43,378 nucleotides of DNA from Rhodocyclaceae bacterium (GCA_016880655.1 JAEHDA010000051.1:1-43378), one strand, 5' to 3'; positions 10,828 through 19,736 are shown, counted from the stretch's first letter. Program-made: numbers and translations. Notes: generated by a model from the letters alone, not told the origin.

Positions 10828-12318
10828 ATGATGAAACTGTTCGGAAACAAGGTCGACCATCCGTTGGCCGACGATGCTGAAGTCCAGCGCGTCCTGAAAG
10901 ACCTGCCCGCCCAGGAGGCCTCCGTGGCGCTCGAGAGCGCCGCCGCCTGGTACGAATCGCTGATGGCGACGACCGAGTTCCGGCCCGAACGGCGGCTGGA
11001 ATTGCTGCTCCAGATCGACGAGGCAGTGCTGCCGCACACCCGCCGTCTGGCGCGCGATTACTTGGTGACGCCGCGCCAGACCCGTGCCCACGAATTCCGG
11101 CTCTGGCACGTCAATCACAACTATTGGACCCGCCTCGCCGCGGCCTACGAAGATACGCTGAGCCGTTGCCGTGCCGACGAGAAGGTGGCGGCCGCCATCA
11201 AGCCGCAGATCGCTCTGTTGTGCGCGCGCTGCCTCAATGCTTGCGGCGGCCGGCTGAAGTGGCAGCAGTTCCGTTACGGCCCGATCACCGGCGAGCTCTG
11301 GACCAGTGCCGGCGAAGCCTGGCTGGAAGCGGTTCGGGCGCAAGTGACCGACATGCGCGTCAACCTCTTTGGCAGCGCGACGACGACGCCCGAGGCCGAG
11401 TACCTGCGCATCCTGATTCTCTATTCCTCGTCGCCGGACAACCTGCTGCCGGTCGAGATCGAGGTCGCCGAGCGCTTGATCGCCCATTTGCTGCCGAACT
11501 TCTCGCTCACCGATCTGGCGCGTCCGGAAAACGTCTATTGGGTCGACGCCGCCAAGCCGCTGCCGCCGACGCGGCTGGCCCGCATTCCCGAAATCACGCC
11601 GACACTGCGTTTCTACGGCACCGGCTCGGCGCTGGATGCGCTCGGCAAACTGCGCGCGAACATCGAGTCGCGCGGCGCCCTGCCGGGCGAGATCAACTTC
11701 GGTGCCCAGTATTCGCCGCGGCTGGTCATGCAGGTCATCGACCACCTGGCCGCCTGCTGGTCGCCCAAGCCGCCGATGCGTCATCACGAGCGGCGCCGCA
11801 TCAAGTCGCGCATGACCGTGGTGGGCCGACTCGACGCCATCTGCCTGCATCTGATCGGGCAGGGCGACGACGAGGGCGAGCGCGCCGAAAGCTGGGTGGT
11901 CGAGGATGTCAGCCAGGGCGGCATCGGCGCCCAGGTGTCGCTGGTCGGCAAGGACTGGCTGCGTGTCGGCTCGCTGGTCGCCATGCAGCCCGAGGGTGGC
12001 AGCAACTGGCTGGTGGGCATCGTCCGCCGCTTCAGCCGCGAGTCCGAGGCGATCGGCATCGTCGGCATCGAAACGCTGTCCAAGAATCCGACCGGCCACA
12101 TTGCCGACAGCCAGGGGCTGCCGACGCCTGTGGTGCTGCTGGATCCGCCGCAGGAAGGCGGCGAGGTCAGGGTGACTCTGTCCATTGCCGCCTGGGAAGA
12201 GCAGAAGCCGCTGCTGGTCGATGTCGGCGGCCACTTCTGGCGGCTCGCGCCGGGCACCCTGGTCGAGACGGGTGCGGGCCACGTGATCGGTACCTGCCGG
12301 GCGAAGCGCGCTTCCTAA
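10828..12318 (+). CDS. PilZ-domain (c-di-GMP receptor-like) protein with a large uncharacterised N-terminal domain
   Basis: 496-aa ORF with good codon bias. Residues 322-328 RRRIKSR (RxxxR) and 360-365 DVSQGG (DxSxxG) have the canonical PilZ motif spacing. I do not recognise residues 1-310. Confidence 0.7.
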   Translation: MMKLFGNKVDHPLADDAEVQRVLKDLPAQEASVALESAAAWYESLMATTEFRPERRLELLLQIDEAVLPHTRRLARDYLVTPRQTRAHEFRLWHVNHNYWTRLAAAYEDTLSRCRADEKVAAAIKPQIALLCARCLNACGGRLKWQQFRYGPITGELWTSAGEAWLEAVRAQVTDMRVNLFGSATTTPEAEYLRILILYSSSPDNLLPVEIEVAERLIAHLLPNFSLTDLARPENVYWVDAAKPLPPTRLARIPEITPTLRFYGTGSALDALGKLRANIESRGALPGEINFGAQYSPRLVMQVIDHLAACWSPKPPMRHHERRRIKSRMTVVGRLDAICLHLIGQGDDEGERAESWVVEDVSQGGIGAQVSLVGKDWLRVGSLVAMQPEGGSNWLVGIVRRFSRESEAIGIVGIETLSKNPTGHIADSQGLPTPVVLLDPPQEGGEVRVTLSIAAWEEQKPLLVDVGGHFWRLAPGTLVETGAGHVIGTCRAKRAS

Positions 12319-12869
12319 GTCCGGGTGGGCCGCTGCGCCGACTTGGGCCGGAAGGCCTTGACGACTGCTTCGTCGGTTTCGACGTACGGCCCGCCGATCA
12401 GGTCCAGGCAATAGGGCACGGCAGCGAAAACGCCATCGAGCGTTTCCTTGATCGCCTTCGGCTGGCCGGGCAGGTTCAGGATCAATGACTTCCCACGGAT
12501 GGCGCCGACCTGCCGCGACAGGATCGCGGTCGGCACGTACTTGAGGCTGACGGCGCGCATCTGTTCGCCGAAGCCGGGCATCACCTTGTGCGCGACGGCC
12601 AGTGTCGCTTCGGGCGTCACGTCGCGCGGCGCCGGGCCGGTGCCGCCGGTGGTGAGCACGAGGTGGCAGCCGGCCGTGTCGCAGAGTTCGATCAGCGTCG
12701 CTTCGATCACCGATTGCTCGTCGGGAATCAGGCGCGATTCCATGCGCCACGGCGAGACCAGCGCGGCGGCGAACCATTCCTGCAATGCCGGGATGCCCTT
12801 GTCCTCGTAGACGCCGCTCGAGGCCCGGTCGGAGATCGAGACCAGGCCGATCAACAGCTCTTCAGTCAT
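12315..12869 (-). CDS. mog: Molybdopterin adenylyltransferase MogA
   Basis: ORF trimmed to ATG 12869: MTEELLIGLVSISDRASSGVYEDKGIPALQEWF...LVLTTGGTGPAPRDVTPEAT, the MoaB/MogA signature. Confidence 0.88.
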   Translation of the reverse strand: MTEELLIGLVSISDRASSGVYEDKGIPALQEWFAAALVSPWRMESRLIPDEQSVIEATLIELCDTAGCHLVLTTGGTGPAPRDVTPEATLAVAHKVMPGFGEQMRAVSLKYVPTAILSRQVGAIRGKSLILNLPGQPKAIKETLDGVFAAVPYCLDLIGGPYVETDEAVVKAFRPKSAQRPTRT

Positions 12870-13425
12870 CTGCCTGGTCCTCCAGTTCGCGCAACACGCG
12901 GAACAGTTCGCGGAAGGCGCGCGGCGGTTTGTTCTCGGCGCGCTCCTTGAGCGCATTGCGGCGCAACTGGCGCAGGTGCTGAAAGTCAGCCGTGGCGGTA
13001 CGCCGCGCGATTTCGTTGAGTACGCTCTCGTCCTCCAGCAGCCGCTCGCGCAGGCGCTCCAGCGCGTGCATGCGCGCCTTGGCGACTGCCGAGATGCCGT
13101 CGAACTCGTCGAGCGCGGCCTGGATCGGCGCGGGGTCGATGTTGCGCATCAGGCGGCCGATGTACTGCAACTGGCGCCGTCTCGCCTCGTGCTTGGTAAA
13201 GCGCTGGGCGTCCTTGACGGCGTCGCGCAGGTCGTCGGGCATGTCGACCTTTGCCAGCCGTTCGGCGCCAAGCCCTACCAGGCGCTCGCCCAGCGCCTGC
13301 AAGGCATCCATCTCGCGCTTGAGCTGCGACTTGCTTGGCGGGCCGGGCCGCTCGGGCTGATCGGACTGGGGGTCTTCGGGGTCGTATTCGGGGTGCACGG
13401 GTATCATTGTAACTTTCACAGCCAC
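12862..13425 (-). CDS. yjgA: Ribosome-associated protein YjgA (DUF615)
   Basis: SKSQLKREMDALQALGERLV..., RRRQLQYIGRLMR and ENKPPRAFRELFRVLRELED parallel E. coli YjgA as I recall it. The start is GTG 13425 or ATG 13407. The 3' end overlaps the mog start by 8 nt. Confidence 0.8.
   Translation of the reverse strand: MAVKVTMIPVHPEYDPEDPQSDQPERPGPPSKSQLKREMDALQALGERLVGLGAERLAKVDMPDDLRDAVKDAQRFTKHEARRRQLQYIGRLMRNIDPAPIQAALDEFDGISAVAKARMHALERLRERLLEDESVLNEIARRTATADFQHLRQLRRNALKERAENKPPRAFRELFRVLRELEDQADD
12981..13004 (+). repeat. 24-nt word copy 3: GAAAGTCAGCCGTGGCGGTACGCC (22/24)
   Basis: Inside yjgA, antisense. The host reads RRTATADF. Confidence 0.9.
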
Positions 13426-13438
13426 TCAGCCACCACTC

Positions 13439-14779
13439 ATGTCCGGACAGGATTTCAGCTACAGCCCCGCGCACCTGCAAGCGCTGGCGCAGCAGGTGCT
13501 CGACGAGGCGAAGCGTTGCGGCGCCACTGCCTGCGAGACCGACGTCTCCGAAGGCTTCGGTCAGTCGGTAACCGTGCGCCGCCAGCAGGTCGAGACCATC
13601 GAATACAACCGCGACAAGGGCATCGGCGTCACCGTCTATCTCGGCCAGCGGCGCGGCCACGCCTCGACTTCCGACTTTTCCGACGACGCCGTCCGCTCGA
13701 CGGTCGGGGCGGCGCTCTCGATTGCCCGGTTTACCGCCGAGGACGACTGCGCCGGCCTGCCCGACGCCGCCCTGCTGGCGCACGATATCCGCGACCCCGG
13801 CCTTTATTTCCCGTGGGATCTGCCGGTCGAAGAAGCGATCGCCATCGCCAGTCGCTGCGAGCAGGCGGCGCTGGACGTGAGCGCGATGATCACCAACACC
13901 GAAGGCGCCAGCGTCTCGGTGCATCAGTCGCAATTCGTCTCCGCCAACAGCCTGGGCTTCATGGGCGGCTACCCGACTTCGCGGCATTACATCTCCTGTT
14001 CCGCCATCGCCGGCGATGGCGACGACATGCAGCGCGACGACTGGTATTCCGGCCTGCGCGATCCGCTCGAGCTGGCCCGGCCGGAAAGCATCGGCGACTA
14101 TGCGGCACGCCGCACGCTCGCCCGCCTGGGCGCGCGGAAGCTCAAGACGCGCAAGGTGCCGGTGCTGCTGGAGGCGCCGCTCGCGGCCGGCCTGATCGGC
14201 AGCTTCGTGCATGCCGCCAGCGGCGGTGCGCTGTACCGCAAGTCATCCTTTCTGCTCGGCAGCCTGGGCAAGCAGATATTCCCGGATTTCGTGCGGATCA
14301 GCGAACGCGCCTACCTGCCCAAGGGACTCGCCTCCAGCCCGTTCGACGACGACGGCGTCGTCACCAGGGACAGGGAGGTGGTCGAGGGCGGCGTGCTGCA
14401 AGGCTATTTCCTTTCCACCTACTCGGCGCGCAAGCTGGGGATGACGACCACCGGCAACGCTGGCGGCAGCCACAACCTGCTCGTGGAACCGGGCCGGCAC
14501 GACTTCGCAAGCCTGCTCAAGGAGATGGACACGGGATTGCTGGTCACCGAAGTGCTCGGCCACGGGATCAACTACGTTAACGGCGACTACTCGCGCGGCG
14601 CGGCTGGTTACTGGGTCGAGAACGGCGAGATTGCCTACCCGGTGCATGAGATCACCATTGCAGGCAACCTCAAGGACATGTTCCGCGGCATCGTCGCCAT
14701 CGGCAACGACGTCCTGATCCGGGGCTCCAAGCAGTGCGGCTCGATCCTGATCGACCGGATGACCGTCGCAGGACAGTAG
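13439..14779 (+). CDS. pmbA: Metalloprotease PmbA (TldE)
   Basis: 446 aa with TldD/PmbA family blocks (GIGVTVYLGQRRGHASTSD, GNAGGSHNL, VTEVLGHGINYVNGDYSRGAAGYWVENGEI). Confidence 0.88.
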   Translation: MSGQDFSYSPAHLQALAQQVLDEAKRCGATACETDVSEGFGQSVTVRRQQVETIEYNRDKGIGVTVYLGQRRGHASTSDFSDDAVRSTVGAALSIARFTAEDDCAGLPDAALLAHDIRDPGLYFPWDLPVEEAIAIASRCEQAALDVSAMITNTEGASVSVHQSQFVSANSLGFMGGYPTSRHYISCSAIAGDGDDMQRDDWYSGLRDPLELARPESIGDYAARRTLARLGARKLKTRKVPVLLEAPLAAGLIGSFVHAASGGALYRKSSFLLGSLGKQIFPDFVRISERAYLPKGLASSPFDDDGVVTRDREVVEGGVLQGYFLSTYSARKLGMTTTGNAGGSHNLLVEPGRHDFASLLKEMDTGLLVTEVLGHGINYVNGDYSRGAAGYWVENGEIAYPVHEITIAGNLKDMFRGIVAIGNDVLIRGSKQCGSILIDRMTVAGQ

Positions 14780-14861
14780 CACCACAATTATTCCCTCGAT
14801 TCGGCGCAAAAGGGCGTACATTGGCCCGACGATCGTTAGCCTAGAATGAAGGGGTCTTCAG

Positions 14862-15101
14862 TTGGATGGAGTACTGCAATACCTGCGGCACCACGGCCAG
14901 GGTTTCGATACCGAGATCGCCGCGGCGATCGGCATGCCGATCGAAAAGGTTCGCCGGCAGTTGGCCGACCTTTCGGCGGACGGCGATGTTCTGGTATGCC
15001 GCTCGATTCAGTTCAAGGAAGGCAAGCCGATCGAGGCAATGCTCTGCCGGGTTTCGGGCTACATTCCGCCCGCCAGCCCTGGCAGGAAGCCCAAGAGATG
15101 A
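14862..15101 (+). CDS. Small winged-helix DNA-binding-like protein (79 aa)
   Basis: TTG start with GAAGGGG upstream. MDGVLQYLRHHGQGFDTEIAAAIGMPIEKVRRQLADLSADGDVLVC looks like a wHTH fold, followed by a basic tail PGRKPKR. The overlapping ORF 14866..15315 is out of frame here. Confidence 0.55.
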   Translation: MDGVLQYLRHHGQGFDTEIAAAIGMPIEKVRRQLADLSADGDVLVCRSIQFKEGKPIEAMLCRVSGYIPPASPGRKPKR

Positions 15102-15135
15102 TCCTGGGCCAAGCCCGGGCGCCCCGGAGGCAAGC

Positions 15136-15315
15136 ATGCTGATCAGGCGGCGGATCTGGCTCTACCGGTTGCCAGGACAGGTGTTCGCGCAACAGATTTC
15201 CTTTGAAAGACCCGTGACCGCCGCTACCGTTCGGCGGGTTCTGCGGAGTACCGTCGGCAACCCGCTGGAGTTGTGGGGCCGCGGCCTCGGCGATCCCGTT
15301 GCCGGGCACGGCTAG
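15136..15315 (+). CDS. Hypothetical small protein (59 aa)
   Basis: ATG 15136 lies 6 nt after a perfect GGAGG. MLIRRRIWLYRLPGQVFAQQISFERPVTAATVRRVLRSTVGNPLELWGRGLGDPVAGHG. GC3-rich codons. No recognised family. Confidence 0.45.
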   Translation: MLIRRRIWLYRLPGQVFAQQISFERPVTAATVRRVLRSTVGNPLELWGRGLGDPVAGHG

Positions 15316-15368
15316 CCGGCCGTCGTGGCGATGGCGGGGCCGACCATCGGTTGCAAATGAGATTTTCC

Positions 15369-15397
15369 TTGCAATTGAGCGCGTTGCAGTCCATAGT
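15369..15397 (+). promoter_or_regulatory. Candidate sigma70 promoter of cspA (TTGCAA-17nt-CATAGT), implying a 5' UTR of about 140 nt
   Basis: TTGCAA at 15369-15374, a 17-nt spacer, then CATAGT at 15392-15397. Long 5' UTRs are typical of cold-shock csp mRNAs. Confidence 0.3.
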
Positions 15398-15544
15398 GCG
15401 CGCCAGCGATCTTCAAGAGTAGCGCTGTTGTTGTTCGGTTCAGTACCCGCTATCGCGGCATCTCCCTGCATCACCCTGCCGTCTTGATCTTCGTTCTACC
15501 CGAGGGATTTCCCTCTTTTTACGTTATTTCAGGAGTTTCAAGAC

Positions 15545-15751
15545 ATGGCAACAGGTACCGTCAAGTGGTTCAACGATTCCAAGGGCTTCGGCTTCATCAC
15601 CCCCGAGGGCGGTGGTGAAGATCTCTTCGCCCATTTCTCCGCCATCCAGGCGAATGGCTTCAAGACCCTGAGCGAAGGTCAGCGCGTCACGTTCGACGTC
15701 ACGACCGGTCCGAAGGGCAAGCAGGCCGCGAATATCCGTCCGGCCGAGTAA
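15545..15751 (+). CDS. cspA: Cold-shock protein, CspA family
   Basis: [34 protein letters not shown] carries the RNP1/RNP2 motifs. AGGAG lies 9 nt upstream. Confidence 0.95.
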   Translation: MATGTVKWFNDSKGFGFITPEGGGEDLFAHFSAIQANGFKTLSEGQRVTFDVTTGPKGKQAANIRPAE

Positions 15752-15795
15752 GTGCCTGTCCGGCATGGCTTGGCGCCATGCCGATAGCACCCGGT

Positions 15796-15826
15796 AAGAA
15801 GCCCGGCATCCGCCGGGCTTTTTTGT
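15796..15826 (+). terminator. Rho-independent terminator after cspA
   Basis: GCCCGG(15801-06)-catccg-CCGGGC(15813-18) followed by TTTTTT. It is preceded by a second 9-bp hairpin, CGGCATGGC/GCCATGCCG, at 15761-15783. Confidence 0.8.
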
Positions 15827-15851
15827 TCCACATTCGCCTGGAGGCAAACTT

Positions 15852-16109
15852 TTGGCCAAGGAAGAACTTATTGAAATGAACGGCGTGGTGGATGAAGTCC
15901 TGCCCGATGCGCGCTTTCGCGTCACGCTCGAGAACGGCCACATGCTGGTTGCCTACAGCGCGGGCAAGATGCGAAAGCACCACATCCGCATCATCGCCGG
16001 CGACAAGGTATCGCTGGAACTCTCGCCCTATGATCTCTCCAAGGGGCGCATCACCTTCCGTCACATCGAAGGCCGCGGTGCCGCTTCGCCATCGCCGCGC
16101 CGCCACTGA
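15852..16109 (+). CDS. infA: Translation initiation factor IF-1 (csp-linked copy, TTG start, C-terminal extension)
   Basis: TTG 15852 with GGAGG 8 nt upstream. [70 protein letters not shown] is the IF-1 S1 fold. It runs 85 aa against the usual roughly 72. Confidence 0.88.
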   Translation: MAKEELIEMNGVVDEVLPDARFRVTLENGHMLVAYSAGKMRKHHIRIIAGDKVSLELSPYDLSKGRITFRHIEGRGAASPSPRRH

Positions 16110-16144
16110 ACGGATCCATCAGTCGATACGGGAATCCGAGTCTT

Positions 16145-16169
16145 CCGCAACCGAGAACGATTGCGGTTT
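16145..16169 (+). terminator. Weak candidate terminator after infA
   Basis: CCGCAA-10nt-TTGCGG followed only by TTT. Confidence 0.3.
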
Positions 16170-16261
16170 ACCGAAACATTGTTTTTTCGCGATGGGTGTA
16201 GTATCGGCCCACAGTTCCGCTTCCGCTGGAATTGCCCGTCAAAACAATACAGGAGACGAGA

Positions 16262-17344
16262 ATGGAAAGACGCAAGTTTCTGAAGCAGGCCGGCCTGACC
16301 GGCATTCTGGCGGCAGGTGTCGCCCCGGCCGTGCAAGCACAGACCCCGGCCGTGAAGTGGCGCCTGACCTCCAGCTTCCCCAAGAGCCTCGACACCATCT
16401 ACGGCGGCGCCGAAGTGCTGGCCAACCGCGTACGTGCGATCACCGGCGGAAAATTCGACATCCAGGTGTTCGCCGGCGGCGAAATCGCCCCGGGCCTGCA
16501 GGCGCTCGACGTTACGCAGAACGGCACGGTCGAGTGCTGCCACACCTGCTCCTACTACTATGTCGGCAAGGACAAGGCTTTCGGCTTCGGTACCTCGGTG
16601 CCGTTCGGCATGAACTTCCGCCAGCTCAACGCCTGGATCTACTATGGCAACGGCGGCAAACTGCTGGACGAGTTCTACGGCAACTACAACGTCGTGCACT
16701 TCCTCGGTGGCAACACCGGCGTGCAGATGGGCGGCTGGTTCCGCAAGGAGGTCAACTCGCTGGCCGACGTCAAGGGCATCAAGATGCGTATCGCCGGCCT
16801 CGGCGGCACGGTATTCTCGTCGCTGGGCATGGTGACGCAGCAGATTGCTGGTTCCGACATCTACCCGGCGCTGGAAAAGGGCACGATCGACGCTGCCGAG
16901 TGGGTCGGCCCGTATGACGACGAGAAGCTCGGCTTCTACAAGGTGGCCAAGAACTATTACTTCCCGGGCTGGTGGGAGCCGGGCCCCGGCATCAACTTCT
17001 TCATCAACAAGGAAGCCTGGGCCAAGCTGCCGAAGGAATACCAGGAAGCCTTCAAGGCCGGCGCCTATGAGGCCAACGTAACGATGATGGCCGAGTACGA
17101 CCACAAGAACCCGGCCGCGCTGATGCGCCTGATCCAGAACGGCGTCAAGCTCAAGAAGTATCCGAACGAGATCCTTGATGGCGCCTACAAGGCTGCGGTT
17201 CAGCTCTACTCGGACGAGTCGGCCAAGAACCCGGCGTTCAAGAAGATCTACGACGATTACCTGAAGTATCAGAAGGTGACCAACCAGTGGTTCAGCGTTG
17301 CCGAGAGCGGCATCGACTCCTTCCTGCAGACGCACATCAAGTAG
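16262..17344 (+). CDS. dctP: TRAP transporter solute-binding protein (DctP family) with Tat-type signal
   Basis: ORF trimmed to ATG 16262 (AGGAGA upstream). MERRKFLKQAGLTGILAAGVAPAVQAQ is a twin-arginine signal. The mature part resembles TRAP periplasmic binding proteins. Substrate unknown. Confidence 0.8.
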   Translation: MERRKFLKQAGLTGILAAGVAPAVQAQTPAVKWRLTSSFPKSLDTIYGGAEVLANRVRAITGGKFDIQVFAGGEIAPGLQALDVTQNGTVECCHTCSYYYVGKDKAFGFGTSVPFGMNFRQLNAWIYYGNGGKLLDEFYGNYNVVHFLGGNTGVQMGGWFRKEVNSLADVKGIKMRIAGLGGTVFSSLGMVTQQIAGSDIYPALEKGTIDAAEWVGPYDDEKLGFYKVAKNYYFPGWWEPGPGINFFINKEAWAKLPKEYQEAFKAGAYEANVTMMAEYDHKNPAALMRLIQNGVKLKKYPNEILDGAYKAAVQLYSDESAKNPAFKKIYDDYLKYQKVTNQWFSVAESGIDSFLQTHIK

Positions 17345-17358
17345 GACGACAGACGGTC

Positions 17359-17392
17359 AAAAAAAAGCCCCGCTTTGGCGGGGCTTTTTCTT
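17359..17392. terminator. Bidirectional rho-independent terminator between convergent dctP and dctM
   Basis: An A8 run, then GCCCCGC(17367-73)-tttg-GCGGGGC(17378-84), then TTTTT. It would work on both strands. Confidence 0.85.
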
Positions 17393-17406
17393 TCCAGATC
17401 GCACCC

Positions 17407-19089
17407 CTACTTTGGCGTGTCGCCCGGGCTGACTTTCGCGGCTTCGCGGGCGGCATCGGCGGCCGCGTCGTCCTGTAGCATCCTCTGGATGTCGATGACT
17501 TGCTCCTGGCCCTCCGGAACGACAACCACCGGGTCGTGCCCAACCAGCTGCGGGAAGGCGATCACCAGTCCGACCATGATGACTTGGATGACCACGAAGG
17601 GAATCGCGCCCCAGTAGATCTGGCCCGTGGTGACGGGGTCGGTGAGCTTGCCGGTGATGTGATCCTTGTACCGCTGGACCGGCGCCACCGAGCGCAGGTA
17701 GAAGAGCGCGAAGCCGAAGGGAGGATGCATGAAGGACGTCTGCATGTTGATCGCAAGCAGCACGCCGAACCAGATCAGATCGATGCCCAACTTCTCGGCA
17801 GCCGGGGCGAGCAATGGTACGACGATGAACGCCAGTTCGAAGAAGTCGAGGAAGAAGGCCAGGAAGAAGATCAGCACGTTGACGACGATAAGGAAGCCGA
17901 TTTCGCCGCCCGGCAGGTCGGACAGCAGGTGCTCGACCCAGCGATGGCCATCGACGCCGTAAAAGGTAAGCGAGAACACCCGTGCGCCGACCAGAATGAA
18001 AACGACGAAGGTCGTCAGCTTGGCCGTCGAATCCATGGCCTGCTTGAGCAGCGACCACGAAAGGCGCCTGCGCGCGATGGCCATGATCAGCGCGCCGGTG
18101 GCGCCCATGGCGCCGCCTTCCGTGGGTGTCGCGACGCCGATGAAAATGGTGCCGAGGACGAGGAAGATCAGTGCCAGCGGCGGGATCAGCACGAAGGTAA
18201 CCTTTTCCGCCATCTTCGACAGCAGGCCGAGTTTCGTTACCCGGTTGATGACCGCGGCGGCAAATGCGACGCCCATGCCGATGCACATGGCGATGACGAT
18301 CTTCTCGTCCAGCGCCTTGTCAGCCGGCTGGTTCATCGCCCAGCCGATGGCGGCTGCTGCCGATATCGCCGTCAGGATCAGCAGCGAAATGCCGCCGGTC
18401 CTGCCGCTGGCTTCGCGAAAAACACGCGCTTCGGGCGGCAAGGCGGGTGCCGACTGCGGCTTGAACAGCGTCATGCCGAGGACGTAGATCAGGTAAAGGC
18501 CGGTCAGCACGAAGCCGGGTACGAAAGCGCCCTTGTACATGTCGCCGACCGACTTGCCGAGCTGGTCGGCGATGATGATGAGCACCAGCGACGGCGGGAT
18601 GATCTGCGCCAGCGTGCCCGAGGCGGCGATGACGCCGGAGGCCAGGCGCCGGTCATAGCCGTAGCGCAGCATGATGGGCAGCGAGATCAGGCCCATCGAG
18701 ATCACCGAGGCGGCAACCACGCCGGTGGTGGCGGCGAGCATGGCGCCGACGAAGATCACCGCGTAGGCGAGCCCTCCGCGGATCGGCCCGAACAGTTGCC
18801 CGATCGTCTCGAGCAGATCTTCGGCCATGCCCGACCGTTCCAGGATAAGGCCCATGAAGGTGAAGAACGGAATGGCCAGCAGGGTATCGTTGTTCATGAT
18901 GCCGCCGAAGATGCGCTCCGGCAGCGCCTGGAAGAAGGCGGGGTTGAACAGGCCGAGCTCGATGCCGATCCAGCCGAAGATGATGCCGTTGGCGGCAAGC
19001 GCGAAGGCGACCGGGAAGCCGAGCAGGAGGAAGAGGACCAGCGACCCGAAGATGATCGGCGCCATGTTGGCGATGAGGAACTCGGTCAC
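17407..19089 (-). CDS. dctM: TRAP transporter large permease (DctM family, long form)
   Basis: 560-aa polytopic membrane protein. MTEFLIANMAPIIFGSLVLFLLLGFPVAFALA..., TLLAIPFFTFMG..., SGTLAQIIPPS. Hydrophilic C-terminal tail of about 45 aa. Confidence 0.85.
   Translation of the reverse strand: MTEFLIANMAPIIFGSLVLFLLLGFPVAFALAANGIIFGWIGIELGLFNPAFFQALPERIFGGIMNNDTLLAIPFFTFMGLILERSGMAEDLLETIGQLFGPIRGGLAYAVIFVGAMLAATTGVVAASVISMGLISLPIMLRYGYDRRLASGVIAASGTLAQIIPPSLVLIIIADQLGKSVGDMYKGAFVPGFVLTGLYLIYVLGMTLFKPQSAPALPPEARVFREASGRTGGISLLILTAISAAAAIGWAMNQPADKALDEKIVIAMCIGMGVAFAAAVINRVTKLGLLSKMAEKVTFVLIPPLALIFLVLGTIFIGVATPTEGGAMGATGALIMAIARRRLSWSLLKQAMDSTAKLTTFVVFILVGARVFSLTFYGVDGHRWVEHLLSDLPGGEIGFLIVVNVLIFFLAFFLDFFELAFIVVPLLAPAAEKLGIDLIWFGVLLAINMQTSFMHPPFGFALFYLRSVAPVQRYKDHITGKLTDPVTTGQIYWGAIPFVVIQVIMVGLVIAFPQLVGHDPVVVVPEGQEQVIDIQRMLQDDAAADAAREAAKVSPGDTPK
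17414..17437 (-). repeat. 24-nt word copy 4: GAAAGTCAGCCCGGGCGACACGCC (22/24)
   Basis: In the last codons of dctM, sense. The host reads KVSPGDTPK-stop. Confidence 0.9.
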
Positions 19090-19736
19090 TTGCGTTCTCC
19101 TTCCCGATCCTCGACCATTTCGTGGTTGGCCTTGACGAAGCTCACCACCTCGGGTGCCACCTGGTGCTTCTTGATCTCTGCCGCCAGATCTTCTTCAGCA
19201 CTGGGGCTCGTGGCCTTCGAGAGTGGATTCGGGCCCGCGCCGGACAGGAACGCTAGCCGCTTGACAAGTTCGGCGACCGCCTGAAGGATCAGGAGCGCGA
19301 AGCCGATGGGCATCATCAGGCGTACCGGCCAGCGGATCAGGCCGCCCGGGTTGGGCGACATTTCGCCGGAGTTCCATGCGTTCATGAATACCGGCCAGGA
19401 CAGCCAGGCGATCATGATTGCCATCGGCAGAAGGAAGACGAGGATGCCGAAGACGTCGATCCAGTTTTGCACCCGGTCGGAGAAACGTCCGGTCACCACG
19501 TCAATGCGGATGTGCTCGTTTTTCTTCAGCACGTAGGCTGCGCAGAACAGGAAGGTGGCCGAGAACAGGTACCACTGGATCTCGAGCATCGCATTCGAGC
19601 TGAGGTTGAATGCGAATCGCGAAATGGCATTTCCGGCGCTGATGACGACGACGATCAGCACCAGCCAGATTGCCATCCTTCCGATGCGCTCGCTGACGGC
19701 GTCGATGCCGTACGCGAGCCTGAGCAAGGCGTTCAT
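19086..19736 (-). CDS. dctQ: TRAP transporter small permease (DctQ family)
   Basis: 216 aa with four hydrophobic segments followed by a hydrophilic tail of about 60 aa. ATGA overlap with the dctM start. Confidence 0.8.
   Translation of the reverse strand: MNALLRLAYGIDAVSERIGRMAIWLVLIVVVISAGNAISRFAFNLSSNAMLEIQWYLFSATFLFCAAYVLKKNEHIRIDVVTGRFSDRVQNWIDVFGILVFLLPMAIMIAWLSWPVFMNAWNSGEMSPNPGGLIRWPVRLMMPIGFALLILQAVAELVKRLAFLSGAGPNPLSKATSPSAEEDLAAEIKKHQVAPEVVSFVKANHEMVEDREGERK

Noticed and set aside
9319-14580. Long ORFs 9319..10794(-), 10801..12777(-), 11124..12488(+), 12976..14580(+), 12986..14212(-)
   Set aside because: These are shadows of the aminopeptidase, PilZ protein, mog/yjgA and pmbA frames, with the same compositional argument. 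Each competing frame has clear family signatures.
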